From: Vulcanimicrobiota bacterium | GTDB taxonomy: Bacteria > Vulcanimicrobiota > Vulcanimicrobiia > Vulcanimicrobiales > Vulcanimicrobiaceae | Direction: 5' to 3' | DNA: 64,000 bases | NCBI GenBank assembly: GCA_963695225.1 | Contig: OY968762.1 | Location: 2,272,001 to 2,336,000 of the forward strand | Shown here: positions 45,346 to 58,819 of the stretch, piece by piece | Layout of the letters: each line of letters begins with the position of its first letter | Numbering within the stretch: the first letter of the stretch is position 1 | Translations under genes and position numbers: made by a program | Notes under the pieces: generated by a model | What the model was told of the DNA's origin: nothing | The model's input: the letters and a program-made list of their open reading frames with translations, nothing else | The model's database searches: none

Positions 45346-45515
45346 AAAGCGGACGAGAAAGCGGACGAGAAAGCGGACGAGAAAGCGGACGAGAAAGCGG
45401 ACGAGAAAGCGAACGAGAAAGCGAACGAGAAAGCGGACGAGAAAACGAACGAGAAAACGAACGAGAAAGCGAACGAGAAAGCGGGCGAGAAAAGCGGACG
45501 AGAAAAGCGGACGAG
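45346..45515. repeat. tandem array, 14 copies of a 12/13-bp unit AAAGCGGACGAG
   Basis: Counted units, with variants AAAGCGAACGAG, AAAACGAACGAG and AAAGCGGGCGAG. Confidence 0.95.
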
Positions 45516-46124
45516 AAAAGGAGACGTTGCGGTCGAACGAACAGATGGCGTCGAGTGCGGCGAGGTGGCGCCTGCCAGATGGTGGTAGTGGACGAAGAAT
45601 AAGGACATCGGCGCGAAGCGCGCTCGAAGCGTGCTTCGAAGCGGCGAAAGACGCGGAGTTGGTGCTGCAAGCGATCAGCGGAGTCGGAGGCGGCGCTGAT
45701 TATGGAGTTCCGCGAGAAGATCGCCGACTTGCGGATGCGTGACGCGACCTGGGGAGAAGATCGCGGAGCTGCTGCATCCGGTGCCCGGTTGCGCGAAAGG
45801 ATGCGATTCGAACGGCCATGAAGCGGCCGCTCGCAGTGAATGCAAAAACGACGGCGCAGCGTTGTGAGTTAGGAGAGTGAGCGTGAAGCGACTGGCACCG
45901 TCTCTCCTGGCTGCACTTTTACCCTGCGGTAACCCCCGCGCCATATGGCCGTGTGGAAGCGGTGCTAGACTCCATCCGCATGAGCAGATCATGGACGCTA
46001 TTCATACGAGCTTTTTTTGGTTCCGGTGTGGGCCTGCTAAGATGTCTACTCGCGAGGGCCGCGTCGAGGTGTTTCGCTGCGTCGGCGGAGTTGACGCCAA
46101 TCACGTCGGCCGACCGCAGGCGCC

Positions 46125-47045
46125 TCACGGCAGCTGGAGTAGCCGACTCAGTTCGTCGGCTTGACCCCGCAACTTCTCCGGATTCGTTTTTGCCAATTGT
46201 CGAAGATTCTGCAGCTTCCAGCGAATGGCCGGCAACTGTTCCAGGTGCTCGATCTCGAGCAGGGACCAATCCGGTTCTGCGTAGGCGAGCGAGAGCAAGA
46301 AGTTCCGCTCGTGCGCGCTCAGATTGCTTTGAAGTTCAGCGATCATTCGCTCGCGGGCTGATAGTAGGTCCGCCAGCTCAACCGGGTCGGCGGTCATCCC
46401 GCGGAACGTTCGTTCATATTCCTGAGCAATGTCCTTGCGCGCTGGGAACAACACTTCGTGGATCGGGCGGTTATGGCAGGCGAGGTAGACCACGAAACAC
46501 CGCCGGATACCGGGCGTGATGCCTTCGTGAGAAAAGAGTTGCAGCACGTCGAACAGATCGCGGGGATGCTGCCGGTCCATCGCGGCAACGAGCTTTCCAC
46601 CGTATACATCCTCGAGCGATAGAACGGGTAGTTCCAGATCGGCGAGCAGCACTGCCTTTGCCTTAGGGGTCAGCGATGCAGTCTGCACCGGATGGACGGT
46701 GCCCCGCATGACGAAGTTTACATCTGCTTTGATCTCGATATTACCGCGCCGAACAAACAGTTTGGTTTCGCCTACGTCGTCGGCCTTTGTGACGTGCGCC
46801 TGGAATCCGTTTGCCTCAAGGCGGCTGGCGGCTTCCCGGATCGCTGCGTTGATGGACGCCAGGGCCTCATCGCGAGACAAGCGGTGATCGACAAAGACGA
46901 GATCCAAGTCGATCGATAGTCGCGGCATGTCACGGAAGAACAGGTTGATGGCTGTTCCACCTTTCAACCCGAAGATGCCGCCGGCAAACACAAGGGGCGC
47001 CGCCTGCGTCAGCAGGCGAGCCGTATCGAGATACACCTGATTCAT
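46125..47045 (-). CDS. AbiEii/AbiGii nucleotidyltransferase toxin (intact)
   Basis: LKGGTAINLF..PRLSIDLDL, GGKLVAAMDRQHPRDLFD; ATGA overlap with antitoxin. Confidence 0.9.
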   Translation of the reverse strand: MNQVYLDTARLLTQAAPLVFAGGIFGLKGGTAINLFFRDMPRLSIDLDLVFVDHRLSRDEALASINAAIREAASRLEANGFQAHVTKADDVGETKLFVRRGNIEIKADVNFVMRGTVHPVQTASLTPKAKAVLLADLELPVLSLEDVYGGKLVAAMDRQHPRDLFDVLQLFSHEGITPGIRRCFVVYLACHNRPIHEVLFPARKDIAQEYERTFRGMTADPVELADLLSARERMIAELQSNLSAHERNFLLSLAYAEPDWSLLEIEHLEQLPAIRWKLQNLRQLAKTNPEKLRGQADELSRLLQLP

Positions 47046-47782
47046 GGTTTCAGCACGAGCAAACCGTGCCTGGATTTGGATACCCAAGGCCGATCGCTAC
47101 CGGTGGGCAGTTTCGTGGCGTCGAGTTTCGAGAACCAGTTCAGCTTCAGTTCGCGGCCGAGCTGCAGGCACAAGCGCACGGTCTTTACGCTCCTGCAATG
47201 GCTCAGCAGCTCATCAAGTGTGTCGGCGCGCAAGTTGTACGTGCCCTCCATGATTTCGCGAGCCTCCTGTAATGGCTGGCGAACGCCGACCTCGCTAAGC
47301 AACTCCAATATGGCACGTTCAGGTGCCGCAACGAGCGGCGCGCCGCTCCGATGCTCGAAGCGGTCAACGCTCAGCGGCTTGCTCGATTGTTCTTCGAACA
47401 ACCGCTTGCGGTGGTACTCGCTAGGGAATTGGCGGACAAACCAATCCGGCAGACGAGCGGCGGTCCAGCCGTACAAGTGCAGAACGTCGTATTGCGAGAC
47501 GTAGTGGCGCACGCCGTACCATTCCAGGGCCGACTTGCCGCCGACGTGCATGCCTTGGATCTTTCGCTCGAGCAAACGTAGGCTGGGGTACAGGGCCAGG
47601 GGATCATCGCCCGGGCGGCAATATACGCCGCGCGCCAGGCGGGTTAACCAGCCTGCGCGTGCGTAATGGACAGCGAGGTCCGCGGATATGCCAAGGTAGG
47701 CCAGGTCGGCTGAAGTCAAAGGGGCCCCCGCCGGCAGGTGAGTGTAGAGCCTCTTTAATTTGCTAGAGCTAATCGTAGCCAT
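47042..47782 (-). CDS. AbiEi-type antitoxin
   Basis: GWLTRLARGVY, HVGGKSAL, PERAILELL, CRSVKTVRL. Confidence 0.88.
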   Translation of the reverse strand: MATISSSKLKRLYTHLPAGAPLTSADLAYLGISADLAVHYARAGWLTRLARGVYCRPGDDPLALYPSLRLLERKIQGMHVGGKSALEWYGVRHYVSQYDVLHLYGWTAARLPDWFVRQFPSEYHRKRLFEEQSSKPLSVDRFEHRSGAPLVAAPERAILELLSEVGVRQPLQEAREIMEGTYNLRADTLDELLSHCRSVKTVRLCLQLGRELKLNWFSKLDATKLPTGSDRPWVSKSRHGLLVLKP

Positions 47783-47792
47783 ACTACGATTA
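47770..47792. promoter_or_regulatory. perfect inverted repeat spanning the AbiEi start codon
   Basis: TAATCGTAG-ccata-CTACGATTA. Confidence 0.7.
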
Positions 47793-48083
47793 TACGGCAC
47801 ATATCAAACCGAAGTCCGTTTTTGATTTATTGGACTTATCGTAGTGTGGGCTGCGATCGCGCCCCCCGTAAGGCGCTTAAATGGCTATAGGCTGCGTGAG
47901 GCCAGCCGCGGCGGCGCAGCGTTCGGACAGCACCCCCGCCCGCTATTGGCTCGAGCGCAAGCGCGCTCTGGATCGCTGGGCTCTCCTCCGTCGCAATACC
48001 GCCTTCGGCCGAATCAGCACGACGGCGCGGAACGTGACATTGTTGAAACAGGCGCTGTATAAGTTCCGTATAACTTTCATATC

Positions 48084-48887
48084 ATGCCAGACAAGCCCGA
48101 CCTGACCCTCGGCCTGCTCGAGCCGTCGCCACTCGGTCCCGTTGCCTGCCAACTTGGCTTCCCCGACGACGGCCGTCGCGGAGCCTCTTCCAAGGAGGGG
48201 TTGGATTTGCAGCGGATCCTAAAGCAGCGCTTTGCCGACTTCGGGACGCTGGCGCCGTTTCAAGAGACCCAGGTTAGTCTTCAAATGGTGGCGGGCGCCG
48301 CGGCCTCGTCGCCGCCCGCCACGCGGCCCGGCTGGCGGATCATCTCGCGTGATAACGTCTGGATCGTGACCCTGCTTGCCGACTCACTGAGTCTTGAATG
48401 CACAAAGTACCCAGGATGGCGGACAGGCTTCCTTGATCGGTGGCTTGCATGTGTCGACGCCCTTGACGCAGTTCTTAGCCCATCGCTTGAGACGCGGCTC
48501 GCTATTCGGTATTTCAATGCTCTGAGTTCACCCGACGCGACCAGGGCGGCTTACTGGATCGGAAAGGTTCGGAACACATTCGCTGGCATTTTGCTTGATG
48601 AGACTTTCCAGCCGAAGCTCGTCAATGTCTTTCAGCGTGGTGTTATGCAGCTTGGTGATGATTTGCAAGGCATTGTGAATATGAACTTTCGCCCCGACGC
48701 TGTGCATGACGGTTGTATTGCGGCCGTGTTCGATATCGAGATTGGACGCACGACGGTTCGTGAGTTCTCTCGGATCTCAATTGGAGGGGTGATGACCAAC
48801 CTACGAGATCAAGCGAATGCGATATTCACGCAGGTTCTAACGGAAGAATATCTAGTTACACTACAGAGAAGAGGCTCTATTGCCTGA
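48084..48887 (+). CDS. TIGR04255-like protein
   Basis: PL..V..QL.F N-terminus, SLECTKYPGW, RLAIRYFN, FDIE pattern recalled for this family. Confidence 0.65.
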   Translation: MPDKPDLTLGLLEPSPLGPVACQLGFPDDGRRGASSKEGLDLQRILKQRFADFGTLAPFQETQVSLQMVAGAAASSPPATRPGWRIISRDNVWIVTLLADSLSLECTKYPGWRTGFLDRWLACVDALDAVLSPSLETRLAIRYFNALSSPDATRAAYWIGKVRNTFAGILLDETFQPKLVNVFQRGVMQLGDDLQGIVNMNFRPDAVHDGCIAAVFDIEIGRTTVREFSRISIGGVMTNLRDQANAIFTQVLTEEYLVTLQRRGSIA

Positions 48888-49779
48888 AGTAATGCCGGCT
48901 ACTTTCGGCAGAGATACACGGTTCTTTGAAATAATGCGCGGATTCACGCCAGCATCTAATGAGGCGCGCACTGCGGCCACAGCCTCGTTGGAAATCTCGG
49001 AACTTGAACACGTTATCGATGAGCAATATCGCCGTAGGGCTTCTGTACGACCCCCGAGAGAAGTACGATTGCGATCGTATACGTTCTCCCATGGAACTGC
49101 ATTAGGGCAAGGATGGACGATTATTCGACCGCAGGCCGATTGGATCGTCACGGGATCCATAGCTCAATACCTCGGCGCTTCAGAGCCAGGGCAGTTCGAC
49201 ACTGCGGTCTTGGTGGGCGGTGTCAAGACCTCTGGATCCTGGGAAGGCAGCGTCGTTGCAAACATTCGAGCGTCGCTCGACCAGATGGACCGTCCGAAGC
49301 TGGTGCCGGTTACTTCGTCTTCGTCGCTGGGGGCCGACGGTTACGAAGTTGCGCTTGAGGCATCGATGCCGCCGACCCGCGAGGAGACGCTTCGGCGCGT
49401 ACGCGATGACCTTCAAGCTTGGTTTGCCGCTTCGATGGTTGACGTGGCTCGCCTCACAGGAGTCTCCTACGCGACGATCGCCAATCTTGCTAAGAAGACC
49501 CGAGGTCCACGTCCCGGATCCCTGCAGAAGATCTTTGCGGTGTATGATCGAGCGAAGGAACTGCGACGAACGTGGGGCTCCGAATACGCTGACGCCTGGC
49601 TGCGGACTGTTGGTCGAGACACTCTACTTGCGAAAAAGCGAGCGAGATTCGACCGAATGGTCGACGAGATCATATTCCCGCCAACGGCAATTAAACGGAC
49701 GCGGTTTGCCGAGGAATCCGAATTAATGCTCAATCCGGAGTTTGTGCCTCCAAAACCGGCTGGAGCGCGGCGGCGCTAG
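48880..49779 (+). CDS. hypothetical protein with C-terminal Xre-like HTH
   Basis: VDVARLTGVSYATIANL...P HTH followed by ADAWL; alternative ATG 48892. Confidence 0.6.
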   Translation: MPEVMPATFGRDTRFFEIMRGFTPASNEARTAATASLEISELEHVIDEQYRRRASVRPPREVRLRSYTFSHGTALGQGWTIIRPQADWIVTGSIAQYLGASEPGQFDTAVLVGGVKTSGSWEGSVVANIRASLDQMDRPKLVPVTSSSSLGADGYEVALEASMPPTREETLRRVRDDLQAWFAASMVDVARLTGVSYATIANLAKKTRGPRPGSLQKIFAVYDRAKELRRTWGSEYADAWLRTVGRDTLLAKKRARFDRMVDEIIFPPTAIKRTRFAEESELMLNPEFVPPKPAGARRR

Positions 49780-50432
49780 TAATGCCGTGATCACTGCCTG
49801 GCTACCAAGGCCATGGCCCGAAGCAATCACAGCAGCGATGCTTCGCTTCCGTCAGGGCCACGTACTGCCTTTCATTGATGGGTGCTACGCTGTTGACTTC
49901 GATAGCGCTTTGTGGCTACCAACGAGCACGTTAGCAGCCAACGGCAACTCCGGCGCAGGCGTCGTCGACATTCCAACCGACGTTTTCCCCTATGTAATGA
50001 TCGTGAGTCAGACGTGCGACGTCACTGAGGAAGGAATGACGCCCCGTTTCCCTTTCGTCGATGCCGTGCCTGTGTATGAGTGCTCGTCGATGTACGATCG
50101 AGGGCAACATAACCAGATTCGCAGGCGTGGATTTCAATATCTCGTCCCTCTGACCGCTCCGAAGTTTGCAGAGGATTCGAAGCTTTGGGTTGCTGATCTG
50201 CGGTTACGTTGGCCTTTTGAGAAGAGTCGACTCGTTAGGTTGGAGCCTATTGTAGCCTTTGCTGATGAGGCTGAGTACGCCGAACTCAGCGAGATCCTAG
50301 CGCCTCGGCGGGCAGCTAAAATCGCACACCTGGGGGCACTTCAAAACCGCACACTACCCGGTGGGCAGTTCAAAATCGCACACCTGATGTAGCCTCGGGC
50401 ACGCCAAGGGTGGCAGCGCGAACAGCGTTGCC

Positions 50433-52001
50433 ATGAACGTACTGGACGTGGCCGATCGAGACCGTATTCTGAACCTGCTGCGCAAGCGCTGGAGCATCCG
50501 GCACGTCGCGCGCGAAACCGGACACCGGCACGAAACGATCCGCCGTTACGGGGTCGAGGCCGGCATCCTGGCGCCAAGGCCGGCAAAAGGTACCACCCCG
50601 GCCGAAGTGGCCGCCGACCCAAAACCGCACACCGAGCCCGAAGTGCCCACCGGGTCGGCTCCAAAACCGCACACCGAGCCCGAAGTGCCCACCGGGTCGA
50701 CGCGCAGCAGCGCCGAGCCGTTTCGGGAGTTCATCGAGGCAGAATTGCGCAAGGGCCGCAACGCCAAGGCGATCTTCCAAGACCTGGTCCTGCATCGCGG
50801 TCACACCGGCTCCTACGACGCGGTGAAGCGGCTGGCTCGCACGTTGCGAAAGCGCGAACCGAAGATCAGTTGCCGCTTCGAAACCGACCCTGGTCAAGAA
50901 GCCCAGGTCGATTACGGCGAAGGCGCGCCTGCGCGCGATCCGCGCACCGGCAAGTATCGCAAACCGCGCCTGTTTGTGATGACGCTTGGCAACAGCCGCC
51001 ACGCGTTTCGCAAAGTCGTCTGGACCTCGTCGACGGAGATCTGGTGCCGGCTGCACGAGGAAGCATTCGCGTACTTCGGCGGCGCGACGCACACGATTCG
51101 CCTCGACAATCTCAAAGAGGGCGTTCTTAAGCCCGACGTTTGGGACCCGCAGCTCAATCCGCTCTACGCCAAGCTGCTCGAACATTACGGCGTTGTTCCG
51201 CTACCCTGTCGGCCGCACGCTCCCGATCTCAAGGGCAAAGTTGAATCGGCGGTCGGCTATACGCAAGGCACGGCCCTGAAGGGAAAGCGCTTTGAGAGCA
51301 TCGAGGACGAGAACGCGCATCTGTTCCAGTGGAACGAGAACTGCGCGGCAACGCGAATCCACGGCACGACCAAGCGGCAAGTGCGGGCGATGTTCGAAGA
51401 GGAGCGGTCGCATCTCTTGCCGCTGCCGGCCAGGCGCTTTGAGTACTACCGCATCTGCGAGCGGACGGTGCACTTTGACGGCTACATCGAAGTCGACGCT
51501 GCCTACTACTCGGCGCCGCCGCGCTACGTTGGTAGCAAGGTGGTCGTGCACGTCGGCAGGCTGTGGCTGCGCATCGTTGATCGCACGACGCACGAATGCC
51601 TGCGCGAGCACACGATCGCGCTGCAGAAAGGCCAGCGCCGGACGCACGAGGCCGATCGCCCGCGGCAGACGCCGATCAGGGTCGAGAAACTGGCCGCTCG
51701 GATCGCCGGAGCGGGGCCCGGCTGCGCGGCCTTTGCGCAAAAGCTGATCGACACTCGCGGCGCGATCGCTCTGCGCGCGCTCTATGGGATGCTGGACCTG
51801 CTGCGCCGCTACGGAGCCGACGACGTCGACCAGGCATGTGCGTTTGCGGCACGATCGGGGATCTCGAGCTTTCGGTTCGTTCGAACATATCTCCAGCACC
51901 ACGCAACGCCGCTGAAACTCAAAGGTGAGCATCACATCATTCCGGAGATCGCGATCTACACAACGCACTTCGCCACCGTTACGCAAGGAGCAACCCCATG
52001 A
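50433..52001 (+). CDS. istA: IS21 transposase
   Basis: RFETDPGQEAQVDYG, DNLK, KGKVES, RIHGTT. Confidence 0.93.
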   Translation: MNVLDVADRDRILNLLRKRWSIRHVARETGHRHETIRRYGVEAGILAPRPAKGTTPAEVAADPKPHTEPEVPTGSAPKPHTEPEVPTGSTRSSAEPFREFIEAELRKGRNAKAIFQDLVLHRGHTGSYDAVKRLARTLRKREPKISCRFETDPGQEAQVDYGEGAPARDPRTGKYRKPRLFVMTLGNSRHAFRKVVWTSSTEIWCRLHEEAFAYFGGATHTIRLDNLKEGVLKPDVWDPQLNPLYAKLLEHYGVVPLPCRPHAPDLKGKVESAVGYTQGTALKGKRFESIEDENAHLFQWNENCAATRIHGTTKRQVRAMFEEERSHLLPLPARRFEYYRICERTVHFDGYIEVDAAYYSAPPRYVGSKVVVHVGRLWLRIVDRTTHECLREHTIALQKGQRRTHEADRPRQTPIRVEKLAARIAGAGPGCAAFAQKLIDTRGAIALRALYGMLDLLRRYGADDVDQACAFAARSGISSFRFVRTYLQHHATPLKLKGEHHIIPEIAIYTTHFATVTQGATP

Positions 52002-52762
52002 CCAACGACGAACTCGACCGCGCTCTGCGGCAACTGCGCATGAGCGGCATGGCCGACGCCGTTCCGATCCGAACGCAGCAGGCCCGTGCTGAGAACCTCG
52101 GCCCGCTCGATTTCATCAGCTTACTCGTGCACGATGAGCTGCAGCGGCGGCGGGATCGACTCATCGAGCGCCGCGTCAAGGCCGCCGGCTTTCGCGACCA
52201 GAGAACGCTCGACACGTTCGACTGGAAATTCAACACGCTCGATCGCGCGCTCATCTTCGAACTGGCCAACGGGCGCTTTATCGAACAACACGAGGACGTT
52301 CTGTTACTCGGCAACGCCGGCGTTGGGAAAAGCCATATCGCGCAGGCGATCGGCATGGCCGCTATTCATGCTGGTTTCCGCGTATTGTACCGCGAGGCGC
52401 ACGCGCTCTTCGAAGACTTCCTTCTCGCTGGCGCGACCGGCGAGCGCGGCACCGCGATCGCGACCTTTAGCGAGATACCCTTGCTCATCATCGACGACTT
52501 GGGGATGCGCAAACTCCCCGCCAACGCAGCCGAGGATTTGCTCGAAATCGTCATGCGACGCTACGAGCGAGCATCGACGATTCTGACCTCGAACCGACCG
52601 CTCGACGATTGGCCTAAGCTCTTCGGCGACACGCCCGCCGTTGCGGCCTTTCTCGACCGGCTAATGCATCATTCGCATCTGATCGAGATTCGCGGCAAGA
52701 GTTATCGGCTCCACGAGCACAGCATCGCGGCCCGCCACCGGAAGGCAAAGGCGAGCGCGTAG
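51998..52762 (+). CDS. istB: IS21 helper ATPase
   Basis: GNAGVGKSH, LIIDDLG, TSN, LDRLMH, GKSYR. Confidence 0.94.
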   Translation: MTNDELDRALRQLRMSGMADAVPIRTQQARAENLGPLDFISLLVHDELQRRRDRLIERRVKAAGFRDQRTLDTFDWKFNTLDRALIFELANGRFIEQHEDVLLLGNAGVGKSHIAQAIGMAAIHAGFRVLYREAHALFEDFLLAGATGERGTAIATFSEIPLLIIDDLGMRKLPANAAEDLLEIVMRRYERASTILTSNRPLDDWPKLFGDTPAVAAFLDRLMHHSHLIEIRGKSYRLHEHSIAARHRKAKASA

Positions 52763-53318
52763 CCAACGATTGCGACAAACATCACTCAGCCCGAGGCGTG
52801 CGGTTTTCAACTGCCCACGGGTGTGCGGTTTTGAGCTGCCCCCTGAGGTCCTAGCGCGTCGCGCTGGTCGACCTGCTATCGATCTCCGGCTAACGAGAGA
52901 ATTCCTACAGCCTCTTGAGCAATTCTTGGATGCAGATCCAGAGCGCGCGAAGGCAGAGCAGATACGAGTCCGTTATGCTCCGAGAGTGGGGCTGGCCACG
53001 AGTGCAAAAGTATATGTGCTTTACCCTGATAACATGACTCGGCCCCGGGTGATGCATCTCCGGAAAGATCTTAACCGATGGTTCGGCGAGCTGCGCCCAC
53101 GACTTTCAGCGGACTTGACCGTGGTAGTTGAGGTGGCGCGCTATATCGATGTTCGATATTCCGAAATGCGGGACACTGAGCTCGCACCCCGAGCGCAGTA
53201 AGTGCGTAGGTTCGCCGCAGCGGTCACCGAGGGCGTCGCTCCTGGCGCGTGGTTTGCTTCGTCGTTTCGCCGTGGAGCTGATGAGAAAGTGAGGGGTGCG
53301 TCAAAAGCGCCGCTCGCG

Positions 53319-56422
<3,104 letters not shown>

Positions 56423-56423
<1 letters not shown>

Positions 56424-57553
56424 CAATCTAGACCCGTGTCGATTCCGATTGAAGATAAATGAGCAGATTGAACCTTCAGCCAAGCCAACAAGTCATCTGA
56501 GATAACTGTCGCATCCTTGACCGTTTGTCCGAACTTTACAAGTACGCGCCTCAAAGCAATACGGAGACGAGCTTGAAGGACGGCACTCTTCCAGAGATCA
56601 AGAATTAGATTGTCATCCGCGGTTGCTAATAAAGAAGCGGCAAGAACTGCTCCATTAAGCTCCAGCGCGCGATCTAAGCGCTTTGCTCTCAGGAATCTGT
56701 CAAGCTCGACTCGCAATGGCGACAGTCGCCCGCTATACTTTCGGACTAGACGGGCAAGAGAATCCACATCACTCGTACGCTGTACGGTCTCAAGGCTGGC
56801 CGCTTCTGGGATTTGTAGCTCTCCGTCCCCGGATTCTTCTTCGCTTACGCGGCTCGTAGTCGAATTCATAACCTCAATAAAGGCTTTCCGGTCAATGGTG
56901 AAAAGCAAGCGGCTGGCCTCAATCCGCAGATCTATAGGCTCCGCGCTTCCAATTGCCGTTATCGTCACTACTATCGTTGGAGGAGTAGTCTCAGTATCAA
57001 CGTCGGTTGTAACGCTCACTGAACGATCAATCCGATCATTCAGGTGTTGAAAGCGTTCATAGGGCTCTCGCGTCGAAGCTAGATCAGGCGTCGTTCCCTC
57101 AAGTGCATTGAGAAGCATCGCGAGAATCGCATCCCCTGTATGTAGAAACGCGCGGTTTTCGTCTCTTGTTAGAGTATCGAGAAAGCCATCTCTTCCGTGT
57201 GCAATCGGCCCATGCTCGTTCCTCACCGCGGTCAAGGCGTCTGCAAGTTTGTTAAAGCCGGATAGAACCTTATCTACGTTGCTGGCCCCTCTACTATTAC
57301 TCAAACCGAGCGGCGCTAGAGCGGCGTTAAAGAGTTCTGTTAGCGACGGCTTCTTTGAAGGGACTGGTTGATTGAACTCACGCAAGACTGTCACGCAGAC
57401 GGACTCGATGAACGATTTAATACATTCGATGAGACCATAGCCGTCTGGACTACTGGACGTGAGTGTCTTGTAGTGCATGGTAAGACCAGGCGCGTCGGGC
57501 CAGCGTATGCAAGCACGGCGATAGCTGGGTACTAGGTCATCGAATGAAATCAT
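56423..57553 (-). CDS. abortive-infection family (Abi_C/HEPN-like) protein
   Basis: [20 protein letters not shown]; stop overlaps hsdR ATG. Confidence 0.72.
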
Positions 57554-57574
57554 TATGTAAACAGCAATCAGACA

Positions 57575-58819
57575 CTATGTGCACTTCTCCAGAGCACGCT
57601 CGGCATCAGCGAGGCGAAGTTCACCCGAGATCAGTTTTGGCAGTAGCGCGTCGCGGAGTGTCGCGAGCGTGCGCGATTCTCGGTCGGCCTGAGAGTAACG
57701 ATCTAACAACGGTGATGCTATGGCGTCGAAGGCGACCAATACGCTGTCGGGGGGAAGTGCAACACGCGTTTCGCCCACCACCTCGGGGCGAACAGCCGGA
57801 TAGGCACCGCCGTCGGCAAGACGGCCTAGCCGTTCAATGTTTTCCTTCGATGTTGCTGCGAGGTACGTTAATGGCTTCGATCTCGTCGGCCGCAACACCG
57901 CAAAGCCGGTACTTCCCGTCAATCCTTGATCGGCTACGAAGCCGTAGGAGCCATTCGCTGGGCGTACGGTGCCCACAAGCGTATCGCCAGGGCGAAGAAC
58001 GCGTTGGGCACGACTTGGCGCTTCAGTGTCCTCATATGTCGCGGGTGTCTCGAATCTGCCCCATTTTACAGTCGAAAGATCAACGTATCGAATGACATCG
58101 GGGCGAGTCGTCTTCGACCAGATCTCAGGATTGAGCTTCGCGATATCGAGTAGTGTCACGAAAGTCCAGCCGCTCGGAATTTCACCGTGCGCCGACTCCT
58201 CGAATGAGCCGTGGAATAGCGCGGCGATTTCGACGGAAAGGTCGGGGTCCTGCCCTCGGGCCATTGCGCGCACAGGGTCGAAGTCGACGAACCACGATTT
58301 GAAGAGCGTCCGCGCCATCGCTTCTACGGTCGCACTCATCTTGCGATTGTTCTCAATCTTGTCGTCAAGCGCGCCGAGAATTGCGACAATCTCCTCGCGA
58401 TGGCCTCGCGATGGAAAGGGCACTGGGATGCGGTTCATGTTGCCTTGCGTTAGTTTGGCCTGAACTGACCCGGTGAGATACGGCTTTACCTTTACGGTTC
58501 TAAGCGCATAGTAGAGGTACTTAAGATCATCGCGCGATTGACACTTGAGGACGTGGGCATGGTTGTTAACCCAGAACCTGCCATCAGCGAGTTGAAGGAG
58601 CGGAGCCCCTGAGGGCGATTCCACCGACCCATCCTCTGCGATAAGTAGGTGCAACCCCTCGAAGAGGTAATCGTCGACGTGGTCCATCACAGACGCCGCG
58701 CCGTAGTAAGGGTACGAGCCCTGGCGCGCCGCACGCTCGCGGGAGGAAAGTGGAACCCTGCGCGAGTCATGATTTGCAGCAAGCTCGCCGAGTGGTCTCA
58801 GCGGAACGCTAGTTGCCAT
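57575..58819 (-). CDS. hsdS: type I R-M specificity subunit
   Basis: Two TRDs, [12 protein letters not shown]..., [18 protein letters not shown]. Confidence 0.93.
   Translation of the reverse strand: MATSVPLRPLGELAANHDSRRVPLSSRERAARQGSYPYYGAASVMDHVDDYLFEGLHLLIAEDGSVESPSGAPLLQLADGRFWVNNHAHVLKCQSRDDLKYLYYALRTVKVKPYLTGSVQAKLTQGNMNRIPVPFPSRGHREEIVAILGALDDKIENNRKMSATVEAMARTLFKSWFVDFDPVRAMARGQDPDLSVEIAALFHGSFEESAHGEIPSGWTFVTLLDIAKLNPEIWSKTTRPDVIRYVDLSTVKWGRFETPATYEDTEAPSRAQRVLRPGDTLVGTVRPANGSYGFVADQGLTGSTGFAVLRPTRSKPLTYLAATSKENIERLGRLADGGAYPAVRPEVVGETRVALPPDSVLVAFDAIASPLLDRYSQADRESRTLATLRDALLPKLISGELRLADAERALEKCT

Larger units (their letters stand above)
50303..52848 (+). mobile_element. IS21-family insertion sequence
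   Basis: istA/istB; terminal IRs CCTCGGCGGGCAGCT... / ...AGCTGCCCCCTGAGG; target duplication TCCTAGCG at 50295-50302 and 52849-52856. Confidence 0.93.
49787..53201 (+). pseudogene. SQTCD-motif hypothetical gene interrupted by IS21 (286 aa when restored)
   Basis: Joining 49787-50302 to 52857-53201 restores the frame ...ELSEILARRAGRPAID... Confidence 0.8.

Noticed and set aside
45346..45515. Possible CRISPR array
   Set aside because: Units are 12-13 bp, contiguous, have no unique spacers, and there are no cas genes in the window.
45302..45670. Minus-strand ORFs made of SRPL/FSSA repeats
   Set aside because: They are simply translations of the tandem array, with no RBS or domain signal.
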